A DNA stretch of 64,000 bases from an archaeon (GTDB taxonomy: Archaea > SpSt-1190 > DYHY01), in contig JBBIPP010000004.1 of assembly GCA_037442745.1 (NCBI GenBank), positions 1 to 64,000 of the forward strand, in the 5' to 3' direction. Shown in pieces: positions 39,213-47,923 of the stretch. The notes beneath the pieces were generated by a model. The model was not told the origin of the DNA. It ran no database searches and was given only the letters and a program-made list of their open reading frames with translations. The stretch's first letter is position 1; every line of letters starts with the position of its first letter. The position numbers were made by a program, and so were the translations under genes.

Positions 39213-40069
39213 AAGGAAATCCTGTGCTTTTTTATTTCCCGGAATTTTCCGGAAAAAAGGAGGCTTTCCAATTCCTTTCTGTTCCTCCTAATTGCGCGGA
39301 CAAGCTGCTTTTCCGTCAATAGTTTCCTTTCAATGAGAAAATCCGATATCGGGACGCCCTTTTTTTTAGAAAGCTTCCAAACCAATTCAGGATGCAAATA
39401 GCCCTCTTCAAAAGGGATTCCCATGACCTTTTCAACATACCCAACTAACCCGAGAATTACCATGTCGTCAGAATCGCTCTTAACCTTGGCCGAAAAGCAT
39501 TCCCCAAAAGCTGCCGAGAACTTTTCGACCATTGTCTTTGGGGATAAGAAGAAATCAGGAATGTTCGTTTTCTCCCCGTCGCAACAGAGGTTAGATATCG
39601 GGATTGCGACTGGGACACCTTTCCTTATTGATGAGAATATCCCCAGTATTCCTCCCAAGGGAAATCTCCTGCATGTGAGTGGTCTCTCATTGTGTATTCC
39701 GCAGAGTCCGTCCGCTCCGATAAAGGGGCAACTCGAATAATAGAAAAGCCACTTTGCAATTATTGGGGGTTGTTTTTTGTCCTTTGGAATAATTGCAGTT
39801 CCCGGCTCGAATTTTCCCTGTAGGCCCAATTTTTCGAGGTTTTTCTCAAGGCCCTTTTTTTCCCAATCAAAAATCATTACTCCTTTCAGGCCCCTGCCAG
39901 GAAGGGTTCTGTAAAATGGGCCTGTATTTCCGCGGATTACTTCGAGTTCCCTCTCGCGGGATACTGCCAAATCCCGACAGCATTTTCCGCTCCGGTCGCA
40001 TCTGAACGGAACCGGCTTTTGGAAATATGGCCCAAGAACCCTTTTTTCAAGGAATTCCCGAATACTCAA
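39209..40069 (-). CDS. YkgJ/CxxCxxCC cysteine-cluster protein
   Basis: FRC..SGKCC, CPF....LCGIH..RP.TCRRFP. Confidence 0.85.
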   Translation of the reverse strand: MSIREFLEKRVLGPYFQKPVPFRCDRSGKCCRDLAVSRERELEVIRGNTGPFYRTLPGRGLKGVMIFDWEKKGLEKNLEKLGLQGKFEPGTAIIPKDKKQPPIIAKWLFYYSSCPFIGADGLCGIHNERPLTCRRFPLGGILGIFSSIRKGVPVAIPISNLCCDGEKTNIPDFFLSPKTMVEKFSAAFGECFSAKVKSDSDDMVILGLVGYVEKVMGIPFEEGYLHPELVWKLSKKKGVPISDFLIERKLLTEKQLVRAIRRNRKELESLLFSGKFREIKKHRISF

Positions 40070-40977
40070 AGAGAGGATGTCATTGCCTCCGGAATTGACT
40101 CAACGAGCCACTGGGGAAGAACCCGTTTCCTTTTCTGAAGGCACACGTCTCCGGCAGCGCCGTTAACCCAGGCAGCGGCAGAGCAAGATTCGAATGCTTT
40201 CTCCCCGTCAGACTGCGCCCAGAAAGTTGCCACAATTCCTGCAAGAGTGTCTCCAGTTCCCCCGACGGTCATCTCAGGGTTATGCCTCCGGTTCTCCTCG
40301 AGCTTCTTTCCGTCAGTTATTATGTCAACTCCGCCCTTTAGGAGTATTGTAACCTTTGCCTTGTCAGCGGATTTCTTCACAAATTCTTTCCTTTTTTCAA
40401 ATTCCTTTGCGGGGGGGATTTTCCCGAAAATTGAGAGAAATTCCTTTTCATGGGGCGTTATTATTGATTTTTTCGGCACATATTTCGCCTTGAAAGCGTC
40501 CGCGTCAAGGACAATGTTAGCTTTCATTTTCTCAAGTTTTTTCAGGAGCTCTTCGACTGCCAAAATCGTCTCTTTTCTGTCTCCAAGACCGTTTCCGACA
40601 ACAACAACGTCCGCTTTTTCAGCCTCTTTCAAAATATAGTCAATATGGGTGGAATTGAAATAGTCCCCGGAAAGCTTGAGAGTTATCAGGTGGGGCGCAT
40701 ATGCGTTTATTGCCCAGGCAACATTTTCAGGCGCTGCAATTTTCACAATATCCGCTCCTGCCGCATATGCTGACAGGGCAACCAATGCCGGAGAACCGAC
40801 ATATTCTGGCGATCCTCCGACAACAAGAATCCGTCCATAGTCGCCCTTATGGTTTGAAAAGTTTCTCGGCTTTATTACTTGCTGTATGTACTGCCTTGTC
40901 ATCTGCGTTTTTCTCCTTTCGGTCAAGTTGCCGGGCGCATTAGAAAACGACCCGTTTTTCATCCCTTTTTCGGACAA
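40066..40977 (-). CDS. nnrD: ADP-dependent NAD(P)H-hydrate dehydratase
   Basis: HKGDYGRILVVGGS..Y.GSP, GNGLG, DADA, TPH..EF, LLKG, GGTGDTLAG; start may be 40962 or 40902. Confidence 0.93.
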   Translation of the reverse strand: MSEKGMKNGSFSNAPGNLTERRKTQMTRQYIQQVIKPRNFSNHKGDYGRILVVGGSPEYVGSPALVALSAYAAGADIVKIAAPENVAWAINAYAPHLITLKLSGDYFNSTHIDYILKEAEKADVVVVGNGLGDRKETILAVEELLKKLEKMKANIVLDADAFKAKYVPKKSIITPHEKEFLSIFGKIPPAKEFEKRKEFVKKSADKAKVTILLKGGVDIITDGKKLEENRRHNPEMTVGGTGDTLAGIVATFWAQSDGEKAFESCSAAAWVNGAAGDVCLQKRKRVLPQWLVESIPEAMTSSL

Positions 40978-41088
40978 ATTCTTTTTAAAAATAGTGGTTT
41001 TATTGTCAATTTTAGCTGGAAAAGCCCAATATTTTCATATTATTGCCGATAAAAAGAACAAAAAATAAAAAAGAACTGAATAATCAAT

Positions 41089-41301
41089 TTATTTGTCTTC
41101 TTTTGATGCGCTCATTGCGAAAACAATTAGCCCGACAATTCCTGCGGCAACAAGCCCGTATGTAATGAATTGGCCTGAGAAGTTTATTCCTTCTAGGCCG
41201 AAAATAGTTTTCCATCCGGGCGTTGTAACAACCAGAAGCAATACTATTCCAAGAGCCCCTATCAGTACCAGTTTCTTGTCAAAAATCGGTGCGTCTCCCA
41301 T
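41089..41301 (-). CDS. Small 2-TM membrane protein (homologous to the C-half of 41818..42357)
   Basis: P.W..IFG......I..G.V.G.VGLI...MS motif shared with that protein. Confidence 0.75.
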   Translation of the reverse strand: MGDAPIFDKKLVLIGALGIVLLLVVTTPGWKTIFGLEGINFSGQFITYGLVAAGIVGLIVFAMSASKEDK

Positions 41302-41308
41302 ATTGTTT

Positions 41309-41327
41309 CTCTCTCTCTCTCTCTCTC
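41309..41327. repeat. (CT)9 microsatellite in the ribosome-binding region
   Basis: On the coding strand AAGG(AG)n lies 7 nt before the ATG at 41301. Confidence 0.85.
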
Positions 41328-41422
41328 CTTCATTTTGTTTTATCTACATTTCTTGACCGGCTTCGCCGGATCTCACTTCGTTCTAGTTCGGAACCTCGGA
41401 TTTTCTCTCCTAGGCTCTTAAT

Positions 41423-41743
41423 TTACTCTTTGTTCGCGTTGTTGTTAACGAAGGCATTAACAACAAGGACAATCAGGACAATTATCAGAATAACTCCGGC
41501 TTTCCCTAGTAGCCAAGACAAAAATTCACCGACAATTGGCATGCTTGCGAGGAATAGGGTTGCGACAAGGGCGGATACTGCCGAAATTGCGGCAGCAAGC
41601 CAGACTTCATCAATTACTCCGGAGCTCTTGAGGACAACGAACATCACCAAGAAAATCAGGACGAACGGCAATATTACCGAATAAACTCCCTGCTGTACTG
41701 CCTGATCAATCACTCCTTCAATTGCATTCGCAAATAGGTACAT
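41423..41743 (-). CDS. 3-TM membrane protein, ILPF family (homologous to the N-half of 41818..42357)
   Basis: QG.Y..ILPFVLIF..MF.VL...G..., VG.FLS...GK motifs; start taken at MYLF. Confidence 0.75.
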   Translation of the reverse strand: MYLFANAIEGVIDQAVQQGVYSVILPFVLIFLVMFVVLKSSGVIDEVWLAAAISAVSALVATLFLASMPIVGEFLSWLLGKAGVILIIVLIVLVVNAFVNNNANKE

Positions 41744-41817
41744 GTTCTTTTTTTCCCTCACTTTGTTTTATCCATATTCTTTGGTTCGGAACCTCGGGTT
41801 TACGCCCATCGGCTCCT

Positions 41818-42357
41818 TTAGCTTCCATTTGGCTTGTCGTCGCCTTTGCTCATAATTATTGCGACTAGGCCAACTAGCCCTGCGACAACTCCGACTGTCA
41901 CAAGGGCGTTGTTGTCAATGTTAAAGTCCGCTCCGAATAGTATCTGCCATGTGTTCGGGCTCGAATTGAGCGCGAATACAACAAGTAGGACCGCTCCCCC
42001 GAAAATGACTAGCCCGTATTTCCACTCTTCCCCTTTTCTTATGAAATCGGTCGCGTTTTTCATGACATTGTAGACGAACATTGTTATCATCAGGGTGAAC
42101 ATCAGGACAATTATTGTCAGAAAGCCCTTTCCGGAGAATATTGAGAGGAAACGGCCAACCTGATAGACTCTTGCGAAATAAAGCACGAATAGGCCGAGAA
42201 TCATTGAAACAATTGCGTCAATCCCAGGCTTCCCTCCGAGAATCTTCGCCTGCTGGAGTATTGCATAGATTACAAAGAACGCCAATAGGAAAGGCAGGAC
42301 ATAGTCGAAGAACCCCTGCGCAACCAGATTAGCTATTGTTTCGTCAACGAATGCCAT
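41818..42357 (-). CDS. 5-TM membrane protein, ILPF family
   Basis: GFFDYVLPFLLAFFVIYAILQQAKILG...IDAIVS. Confidence 0.8.
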   Translation of the reverse strand: MAFVDETIANLVAQGFFDYVLPFLLAFFVIYAILQQAKILGGKPGIDAIVSMILGLFVLYFARVYQVGRFLSIFSGKGFLTIIVLMFTLMITMFVYNVMKNATDFIRKGEEWKYGLVIFGGAVLLVVFALNSSPNTWQILFGADFNIDNNALVTVGVVAGLVGLVAIIMSKGDDKPNGS

Positions 42358-42382
42358 TTTTGTATTTCATTTCCCCCATTTT

Positions 42383-42721
42383 CTATATATTATGCTTTTC
42401 CCCGTCAATATACCGCTCAATAAGGCCTCCCAAATGTATGTGCTTGGCATAGACCCGGATTGCCCATAACTCCCTCGCAATTGAGAGTAGCAAGAGGACA
42501 AAGAGCCAAGGAAAGACAAATGTCCGGAATATTGATAGAAGCTCGGTGACTCTCGAAGCTTCCCCGGAAAAGAAGGAAACAACAACCAAAATGGACAGGA
42601 GAACAGTTGCAATTGTAGATGCGATCGCCAGCCTGTCCGAACCCTCCTTGAACTGCGCGAAATTTGTGTGGGTGCCTTGTGAGCCGGTTTTTGGTTGTTT
42701 TTTTGCCATTTTATTTTTCAA
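42383..42721 (-). CDS. 2-TM membrane protein (paralogue of 47567..47923)
   Basis: LLS.ARELWAIRVY..H motif. Confidence 0.75.
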   Translation of the reverse strand: MKNKMAKKQPKTGSQGTHTNFAQFKEGSDRLAIASTIATVLLSILVVVSFFSGEASRVTELLSIFRTFVFPWLFVLLLLSIARELWAIRVYAKHIHLGGLIERYIDGEKHNI

Positions 42722-43235
42722 ACATTTTTATGTCTTTGAATTGGGACTTGCTCGGAGCATCTGAGCCCAAGAACGAGCCGATATTGTCAAGATAAGTAAG
42801 TCCAGAGTCAATTTCCATTCCTGCTTTGTTGATGTCTTGGGCGAACCGGAATCCCCATAGGAAATGCCCAATTGTCCACCAGAAAGCCATAAGAATGAAT
42901 ATCAGAGTCAGCATTGGTATCCAGACACCAGAACCGGTTGCCGAGCTTCCGAGAAAAGTCTGGAGCATCTGGACTACCTGCCAATATACCCCGAACCGAG
43001 CCCCGAAAAGGGAGAATATTATTGCAATCCACATTGCAGTTGTTTTCCTGAAAAAGCCCATCAGATAAATAAAGTCGTAGAGAATGAAGAACATAAGGAC
43101 GCCCGGCAGGATGTATGCGAAAATAACAGTTGACATCGGACTCCCTGTTGTTCCCAAAAGAATGTTTATTATTGAGAGGACGAACCCTCCAATGTCGTTA
43201 ATTACGCTAACAATTGTCCCTGCATCAAATGCCAT
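42711..43235 (-). CDS. Tandem membrane paralogue, copy 1
   Basis: YILPGVLMFFILYDFIYLMGFFRKTTAMWIAIIF core with a unique C-tail; SD GGAGG. Confidence 0.85.
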   Translation of the reverse strand: MAFDAGTIVSVINDIGGFVLSIINILLGTTGSPMSTVIFAYILPGVLMFFILYDFIYLMGFFRKTTAMWIAIIFSLFGARFGVYWQVVQMLQTFLGSSATGSGVWIPMLTLIFILMAFWWTIGHFLWGFRFAQDINKAGMEIDSGLTYLDNIGSFLGSDAPSKSQFKDIKMFEK

Positions 43236-44210
43236 TGTCTTTTCCTCCTATTATTTCTCACCCAATTTTTCAAGCCGTGTCCCAATTGTCTTGAGTAAAT
43301 GAAGTGCAGCCCCCTGTTTGTGCTGTTCGGTTGCGACTGCTTGAGCGAACCGGAATCCCCATAGGAAATGCCCAATTGTCCACCAGAAAGCAATCAAAAT
43401 GAATATCAGAGTCAGCATTGGTATCCAGACACCAGAACCGGTTGCCGAGCTTCCGAGAAAAGTCTGGAGCATCTGGACTACCTGCCAATATACCCCGAAC
43501 CGAGCCCCGAAAAGGGAGAATATTATTGCAATCCACATTGCAGTTGTTTTCCTGAAAAAGCCCATCAGATAAATAAAGTCGTAGAGAATGAAGAACATAA
43601 GGACGCCCGGCAGGATGTATGCGAAAATAACAGTTGACATCGGACTCCCTGTTGTTCCCAAAAGGACGTTGATTATTGTTAGCAAAAACCCGCCAATATC
43701 GTTCAGAAAGCCATTTATTGTCCCAGCATCCAATGCCATATCTTCTTTCTCCTTTTATTTAGATCCCAATTGTTCTAGACGGCTTCCAATCCTGTCAAGA
43801 ACACCGATTGCACTCTCTATTTTGTCGCTTTCCTTGTAAACAGCACTGGCAAACCGGAATCCCCATAGGAAATGCCCAATTGTCCACCAGAAAGCCATAA
43901 GAATGAATATCAGAGTCAGCATTGGTATCCAGACACCAGAACCGGTTGCCGAGCTTCCGAGAAAAGTCTGGAGCATCTGGACTACCTGCCAATATACCCC
44001 GAACCGAGCCCCGAAAAGGGAGAATATTATTGCAATCCACATTGCAGTTGTTTTCCTGAAAAAGCCCATCAGATAAATAAAGTCGTAGAGAATGAAGAAC
44101 ATAAGGACGCCCGGCAGGATGTATGCGAAAATAACAGTTGACATCGGACTCCCTGTTGTTCCCAAAAGGACGTTGATTATTGTTAGCAAAAACCCGCCAA
44201 TATCGTTCAG
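42843..44210. repeat. Three near-identical ~315-360 bp cores at an exact 504-bp period
   Basis: CCGGAATCCCCATAGG at 42846, 43350 and 43854. Confidence 0.95.
43251..43739 (-). CDS. Tandem membrane paralogue, copy 2
   Basis: Same core with LIAF variant and a unique C-tail; SD AAGGAG. Confidence 0.85.
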   Translation of the reverse strand: MALDAGTINGFLNDIGGFLLTIINVLLGTTGSPMSTVIFAYILPGVLMFFILYDFIYLMGFFRKTTAMWIAIIFSLFGARFGVYWQVVQMLQTFLGSSATGSGVWIPMLTLIFILIAFWWTIGHFLWGFRFAQAVATEQHKQGAALHLLKTIGTRLEKLGEK

Positions 44211-44243
44211 AATGCTTACGAATGTCCCCGAATTTATTGCCAT
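43755..44243 (-). CDS. Tandem membrane paralogue, copy 3
   Basis: Same core with unique N- and C-termini; SD AAGGAG. Confidence 0.85.
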   Translation of the reverse strand: MAINSGTFVSILNDIGGFLLTIINVLLGTTGSPMSTVIFAYILPGVLMFFILYDFIYLMGFFRKTTAMWIAIIFSLFGARFGVYWQVVQMLQTFLGSSATGSGVWIPMLTLIFILMAFWWTIGHFLWGFRFASAVYKESDKIESAIGVLDRIGSRLEQLGSK

Positions 44244-44401
44244 TTTCTCTTTTCTCCTTTTTTGATTATTTATTCGGCCAGTTCCCTTTATTTTCTCTTT
44301 CTAGCATTTATAGTTTGCCGATTTAAGGGCAGTGTCCAAATAACAGCAACCCCAAAATCCTTAATGGTATTACCACTCGATAATTTATATAGTTTCCCAT
44401 C

Positions 44402-44962
44402 TTATTTGAACTTGCTGAAAGCTGGAGCCCAGCCAGAACTTCTCTCAGCCTTTTGGGAATTGACAATTGACTGCTTGTTTGAGCCCTCCCTGTTCCCGAG
44501 CCGTGCAGCAGTCTGACCAATCAGGGTCAATATCTGCCCGCCCCCCGAGAGCTCAGCCAAGCCCTTGGAAGCTGCCCTGGCAGTGACAAACCCTATGAAG
44601 AAATTGCTCATGAACCAATAGACAATCACGAAAGTGAAGACTGTTATGAACATTGCAATGAATAGTCCTGTTTCCCCGAAAATCGGCTCTAAAAAGAGGG
44701 AGTTAACGAATGTGTTATAGTCGTCATAAAATCCGAAATGGGCGAACATTAGGGCGAAGACCGCAGCCATTACTGTTGCGGTTATTTTCCTGAAAAACCC
44801 CATCAGATAGAAGAGGTCTTCCAGCGTGAAAAAGACGAGGAGCGCAGGAATTGCATAGAGGAAAATTATCTCATACCAAGGCTGTCCCTTGCCCCCGAAA
44901 ATCATGTTGAAAATTGTCCAGAAGAATTCCGGGACATTGAAATAAAGTTCCTCTCCTGCCAT
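44402..44962 (-). CDS. Divergent paralogue of the tandem membrane proteins
   Basis: YAIPALLVFFTLEDLFYLMGFFRKITA...FG.Y...W....F..GF...L..IG....LG. Confidence 0.82.
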   Translation of the reverse strand: MAGEELYFNVPEFFWTIFNMIFGGKGQPWYEIIFLYAIPALLVFFTLEDLFYLMGFFRKITATVMAAVFALMFAHFGFYDDYNTFVNSLFLEPIFGETGLFIAMFITVFTFVIVYWFMSNFFIGFVTARAASKGLAELSGGGQILTLIGQTAARLGNREGSNKQSIVNSQKAERSSGWAPAFSKFK

Positions 44963-46800
44963 TATTTGTTCCCCCCGAATTTCGAGCCCAAGTTCCTGAA
45001 GAATCCGCCAATCGAATTCTTTGCCGCCCCCAGCACTCCTGCTGGAACAACCCCGATGTCCTTGTTAATGTTGGCGTATTTCCACTTTTCCTGCTGGTTA
45101 GGAGTCATGGTTTTTCCTTGCCAAGGATTCACCGACTTAATCCGGGTTGTCCAAGAGTCTTTTGCCTTTTCAACAGAGCCACCTATCTCGTCAGTAACAT
45201 CCCCGAACTTGTCTTTTCCTTTCGAGACTTTCTGGGAAATCTTGCCATATGCGCTCGTGCTCTTGATCATTCCGAGGATGAATTTTGGAAGAACGGTTAC
45301 TGGGAGAGTGAGATAGAGGAAAAGCACCCTTATTCCGATTGAAGTCACTATAAGGAGAAGGTAGAAGAGCGCGGCAACTATTGCGTTCATGAAGAGGTCC
45401 AGTGGGTTTGCTGGGACGGCTGTCCCTGAAAGGGGTTTTGCCAAGGAAACAATATAGAGGGTTCCCAAGAACTGGAATGCGAGCCGAATAAGGGAATTTA
45501 GGACAGGTATTGGTCCTCCGTTGAAGGGCAAAAGTATCCAAATAACTACTGGTCTTGGAAGGAAGACTGCCAGGAGAAAGACAGACTTTTCCACAGCGAA
45601 TGCGACAATCTGCCACATCCAGAACGCCCAAAAAGTCGCGGGGATTATTGATGCCCAGATGTTGACGCAGCTCGTCGGCTCCCTTACCGGAATATATTCG
45701 TAATAGGACGCAATTCCGAAAATATTCATGCTTGTTGCAAAAGCCACTACAAGAAGAAAGATCCACACATATCCGAGCTCAATTACTGAAAATGCCCTGA
45801 AAACGTCGTATATTGTGGATTTTATAGCTTCCCTTCCGGCAATGGCGCCCTTCTTCGCTCGGAGGCGCTCTGACGCGTCATTGCTTTTGCTTGCGCCGTC
45901 ACCGGCGCCTCCGGCAACTCCTCCCATCAGCCGATCGTCAACTCCGGGAATTCCGGTAGATTTGTCCAAGAACTGGTCGGCAAGATGCGTTGCTTTCTGG
46001 ACGAAACTGAGCTCGTCATAGTCGCTGTCCGCAGTTGCCGCGACATCGAGAATTCTCGAGTATTCAGTATCTCCTATTGTGCTTTGGATTACTTCCTTTG
46101 CAAATGTTGCCTTCCAATTGTCCGGCTCGAGGAATTCTTTTTGCAAGTCCTCCGGAGGAGCGGCAAGGGTCTCGAAAAGTATTATCAGGAAAAGAATCCA
46201 TCCGAAAAGAATCCATGCGGCAATGTTTGTCGATAGGGTGAATATCACAAAAAAAAGCGCAGCAACTATCTTTATCCAAGACGCATTTTTGAAAGCGAAA
46301 CGCCCTAGAATCATCAGGACAATCCCGATTCCGAGGAAAACATAAGAGAGTTCTTTGCTCACATTTATTAGGGGCCTGTCATAATCCGGTCCGCACGCAT
46401 TCTCAAGCTCGTTTTCCGAAATCCCATAGCTCTCGACAACCCTCGGGCCAAAGTTCTCCGGCGGTTTAGCTGGCAGATTGTCCCATTCCCTTGCGGATTG
46501 CGTTATCTGCCCGAAAAGTGGGGCAATTCCTTTGTCCCAGAATGTCTGAAGTATGCCAAAGAAGCTGTTGTCGCCTACCGAAGAAAAGTCGAGGCAAAGG
46601 CCGGTTGTTGTGCAGGATTCGGGGGTTCCTCCCGTAAGGCCGGACTCTCCGGAAGGATCTCCCCCGTCAATCGGGGAAAGAAGAGGGTCCTCTGAGAATG
46701 CCGGGGCAGGCGAAAGAGCAAGAATGAAAACAAGGGTTAGGATGGGGAAAATTTTCCAAATGCTCGAGAATTCCCATCTCATTTTCCGGGAAGCCCCCAT
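44962..46800 (-). CDS. Large secreted multi-TM membrane protein (~610 aa)
   Basis: Signal peptide (PAFS), Cys-containing exterior segment, about 9 TM helices, basic cytoplasmic tail; start taken at MGASRK. Confidence 0.78.
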   Translation of the reverse strand: MGASRKMRWEFSSIWKIFPILTLVFILALSPAPAFSEDPLLSPIDGGDPSGESGLTGGTPESCTTTGLCLDFSSVGDNSFFGILQTFWDKGIAPLFGQITQSAREWDNLPAKPPENFGPRVVESYGISENELENACGPDYDRPLINVSKELSYVFLGIGIVLMILGRFAFKNASWIKIVAALFFVIFTLSTNIAAWILFGWILFLIILFETLAAPPEDLQKEFLEPDNWKATFAKEVIQSTIGDTEYSRILDVAATADSDYDELSFVQKATHLADQFLDKSTGIPGVDDRLMGGVAGGAGDGASKSNDASERLRAKKGAIAGREAIKSTIYDVFRAFSVIELGYVWIFLLVVAFATSMNIFGIASYYEYIPVREPTSCVNIWASIIPATFWAFWMWQIVAFAVEKSVFLLAVFLPRPVVIWILLPFNGGPIPVLNSLIRLAFQFLGTLYIVSLAKPLSGTAVPANPLDLFMNAIVAALFYLLLIVTSIGIRVLFLYLTLPVTVLPKFILGMIKSTSAYGKISQKVSKGKDKFGDVTDEIGGSVEKAKDSWTTRIKSVNPWQGKTMTPNQQEKWKYANINKDIGVVPAGVLGAAKNSIGGFFRNLGSKFGGNK

Positions 46801-46819
46801 ATCTGTCTTTTTTAGCTCT

Positions 46820-46840
46820 TTCCAATATAAATAATGTCTC
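46820..46840. promoter_or_regulatory. Putative bidirectional TATA element between the divergent membrane operons
   Basis: AATATAAATA between the starts at 46800 (-) and 46900 (+). Confidence 0.45.
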
Positions 46841-46899
46841 CCGAGTGGGAAAATTGGCAAAGTATAAAAGTAAGATTTTCCCGAGAGTCCCAGTCAAAC

Positions 46900-47550
46900 A
46901 TGGCGAAAGGCAGGGGATTATTTTCAAGAATTGCCGGGCGAAAGGGGGAAGGCGACAACGATGTTTTCATGTATGCTTTCATTGTTGTCTTGCTGGTTGC
47001 TGTAGGGACTTATGCAAGCAATTCAGGTGTCGGAGGGGTTTTTTTCAGCGCAATTAACAACGCATTTTCCAAGCTCGGTCTGCTTACTTCCTCCTCGTGC
47101 CCTTTCTATAGCAATGTTAATACTGCCGCATGGGCGTGCATTGTTGTTTTCGGGATAATCCCATTCATTATTGTCTATTACTTTACATTTGATGCATTGA
47201 GCTTCACTTTCATGACAACGCGGACAAAGGGAATGCTTTCCCTCGGAGTTTCAATGATTGCAACAGTTCCAATGAACGGACGCTCACTTATTGCGAGCCT
47301 CAGCGCTACTCTTGAGCAGTTTACAGTACTGCTCCTTCCTCCAATTGGTCAAGGAGGACTTGGTAACTGGGGCGGATTCCTTGCAATAATGCTGATAATG
47401 GCGCTTATTTCAGGTTTCTTGGGTCAGCTTGCTCTTACTTCCCAGATGGCGAATGCAGCAGTCCTGTCCCTGCAGGAGACAATATGGGGATACAGGGCAA
47501 TGAACCAGATAGGAAAAGCGGTTACTGCGACTGGAAAGAAAGAAGGTTAG
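46900..47550 (+). CDS. Membrane paralogue of the tandem family
   Basis: IIPFIIVYYFTFDALSF.FM..RTK..LSL core and C-terminal M..IG......GKK helix. Confidence 0.78.
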   Translation: MAKGRGLFSRIAGRKGEGDNDVFMYAFIVVLLVAVGTYASNSGVGGVFFSAINNAFSKLGLLTSSSCPFYSNVNTAAWACIVVFGIIPFIIVYYFTFDALSFTFMTTRTKGMLSLGVSMIATVPMNGRSLIASLSATLEQFTVLLLPPIGQGGLGNWGGFLAIMLIMALISGFLGQLALTSQMANAAVLSLQETIWGYRAMNQIGKAVTATGKKEG

Positions 47551-47566
47551 GGAGCAGTTTCCTGAA

Positions 47567-47923
47567 ATGGCGCCCGCAGTGAAAAAAGGGGAAAAGAAAA
47601 AGCCCTTTGAGACTGCATCAATTTCCCTTTTTCTCGAGCATCTGGACGGCTTTCTTTTATCAGTCCTCAAATACGTCCTCTCGGCAATCCTCCTTTTCTC
47701 CCTTGCAATTGCCCTCTATTCATTCTTCTCCGGAAACGCATGGTCCGACTTTTCAGTTACGCAGGCCGGAGCGAACACAATTTCCGCGGTTGTCGCCCTT
47801 TCGTTGATAATTTTCTGGAGGGAGCTACGGGAACTCCGGCTCTGGCTTGAGGGAATGTCAGAACACCATTCAAGGCATACTTATTCCCGCTTGGATTATT
47901 CCGCAAAAAGGAAGGGGGCATAA
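47567..47923 (+). CDS. 2-TM membrane protein (paralogue of 42383..42721)
   Basis: IIFWRELRELRLW....EHH motif. Confidence 0.75.
   Translation: MAPAVKKGEKKKPFETASISLFLEHLDGFLLSVLKYVLSAILLFSLAIALYSFFSGNAWSDFSVTQAGANTISAVVALSLIIFWRELRELRLWLEGMSEHHSRHTYSRLDYSAKRKGA

Noticed and set aside
42711-44243. Diversity-generating retroelement TR/VR pair or CRISPR array
   Set aside because: Repeats are over 300 bp, coding and not adenine-specific in their differences; no reverse transcriptase or short repeat-spacer pattern is in the window
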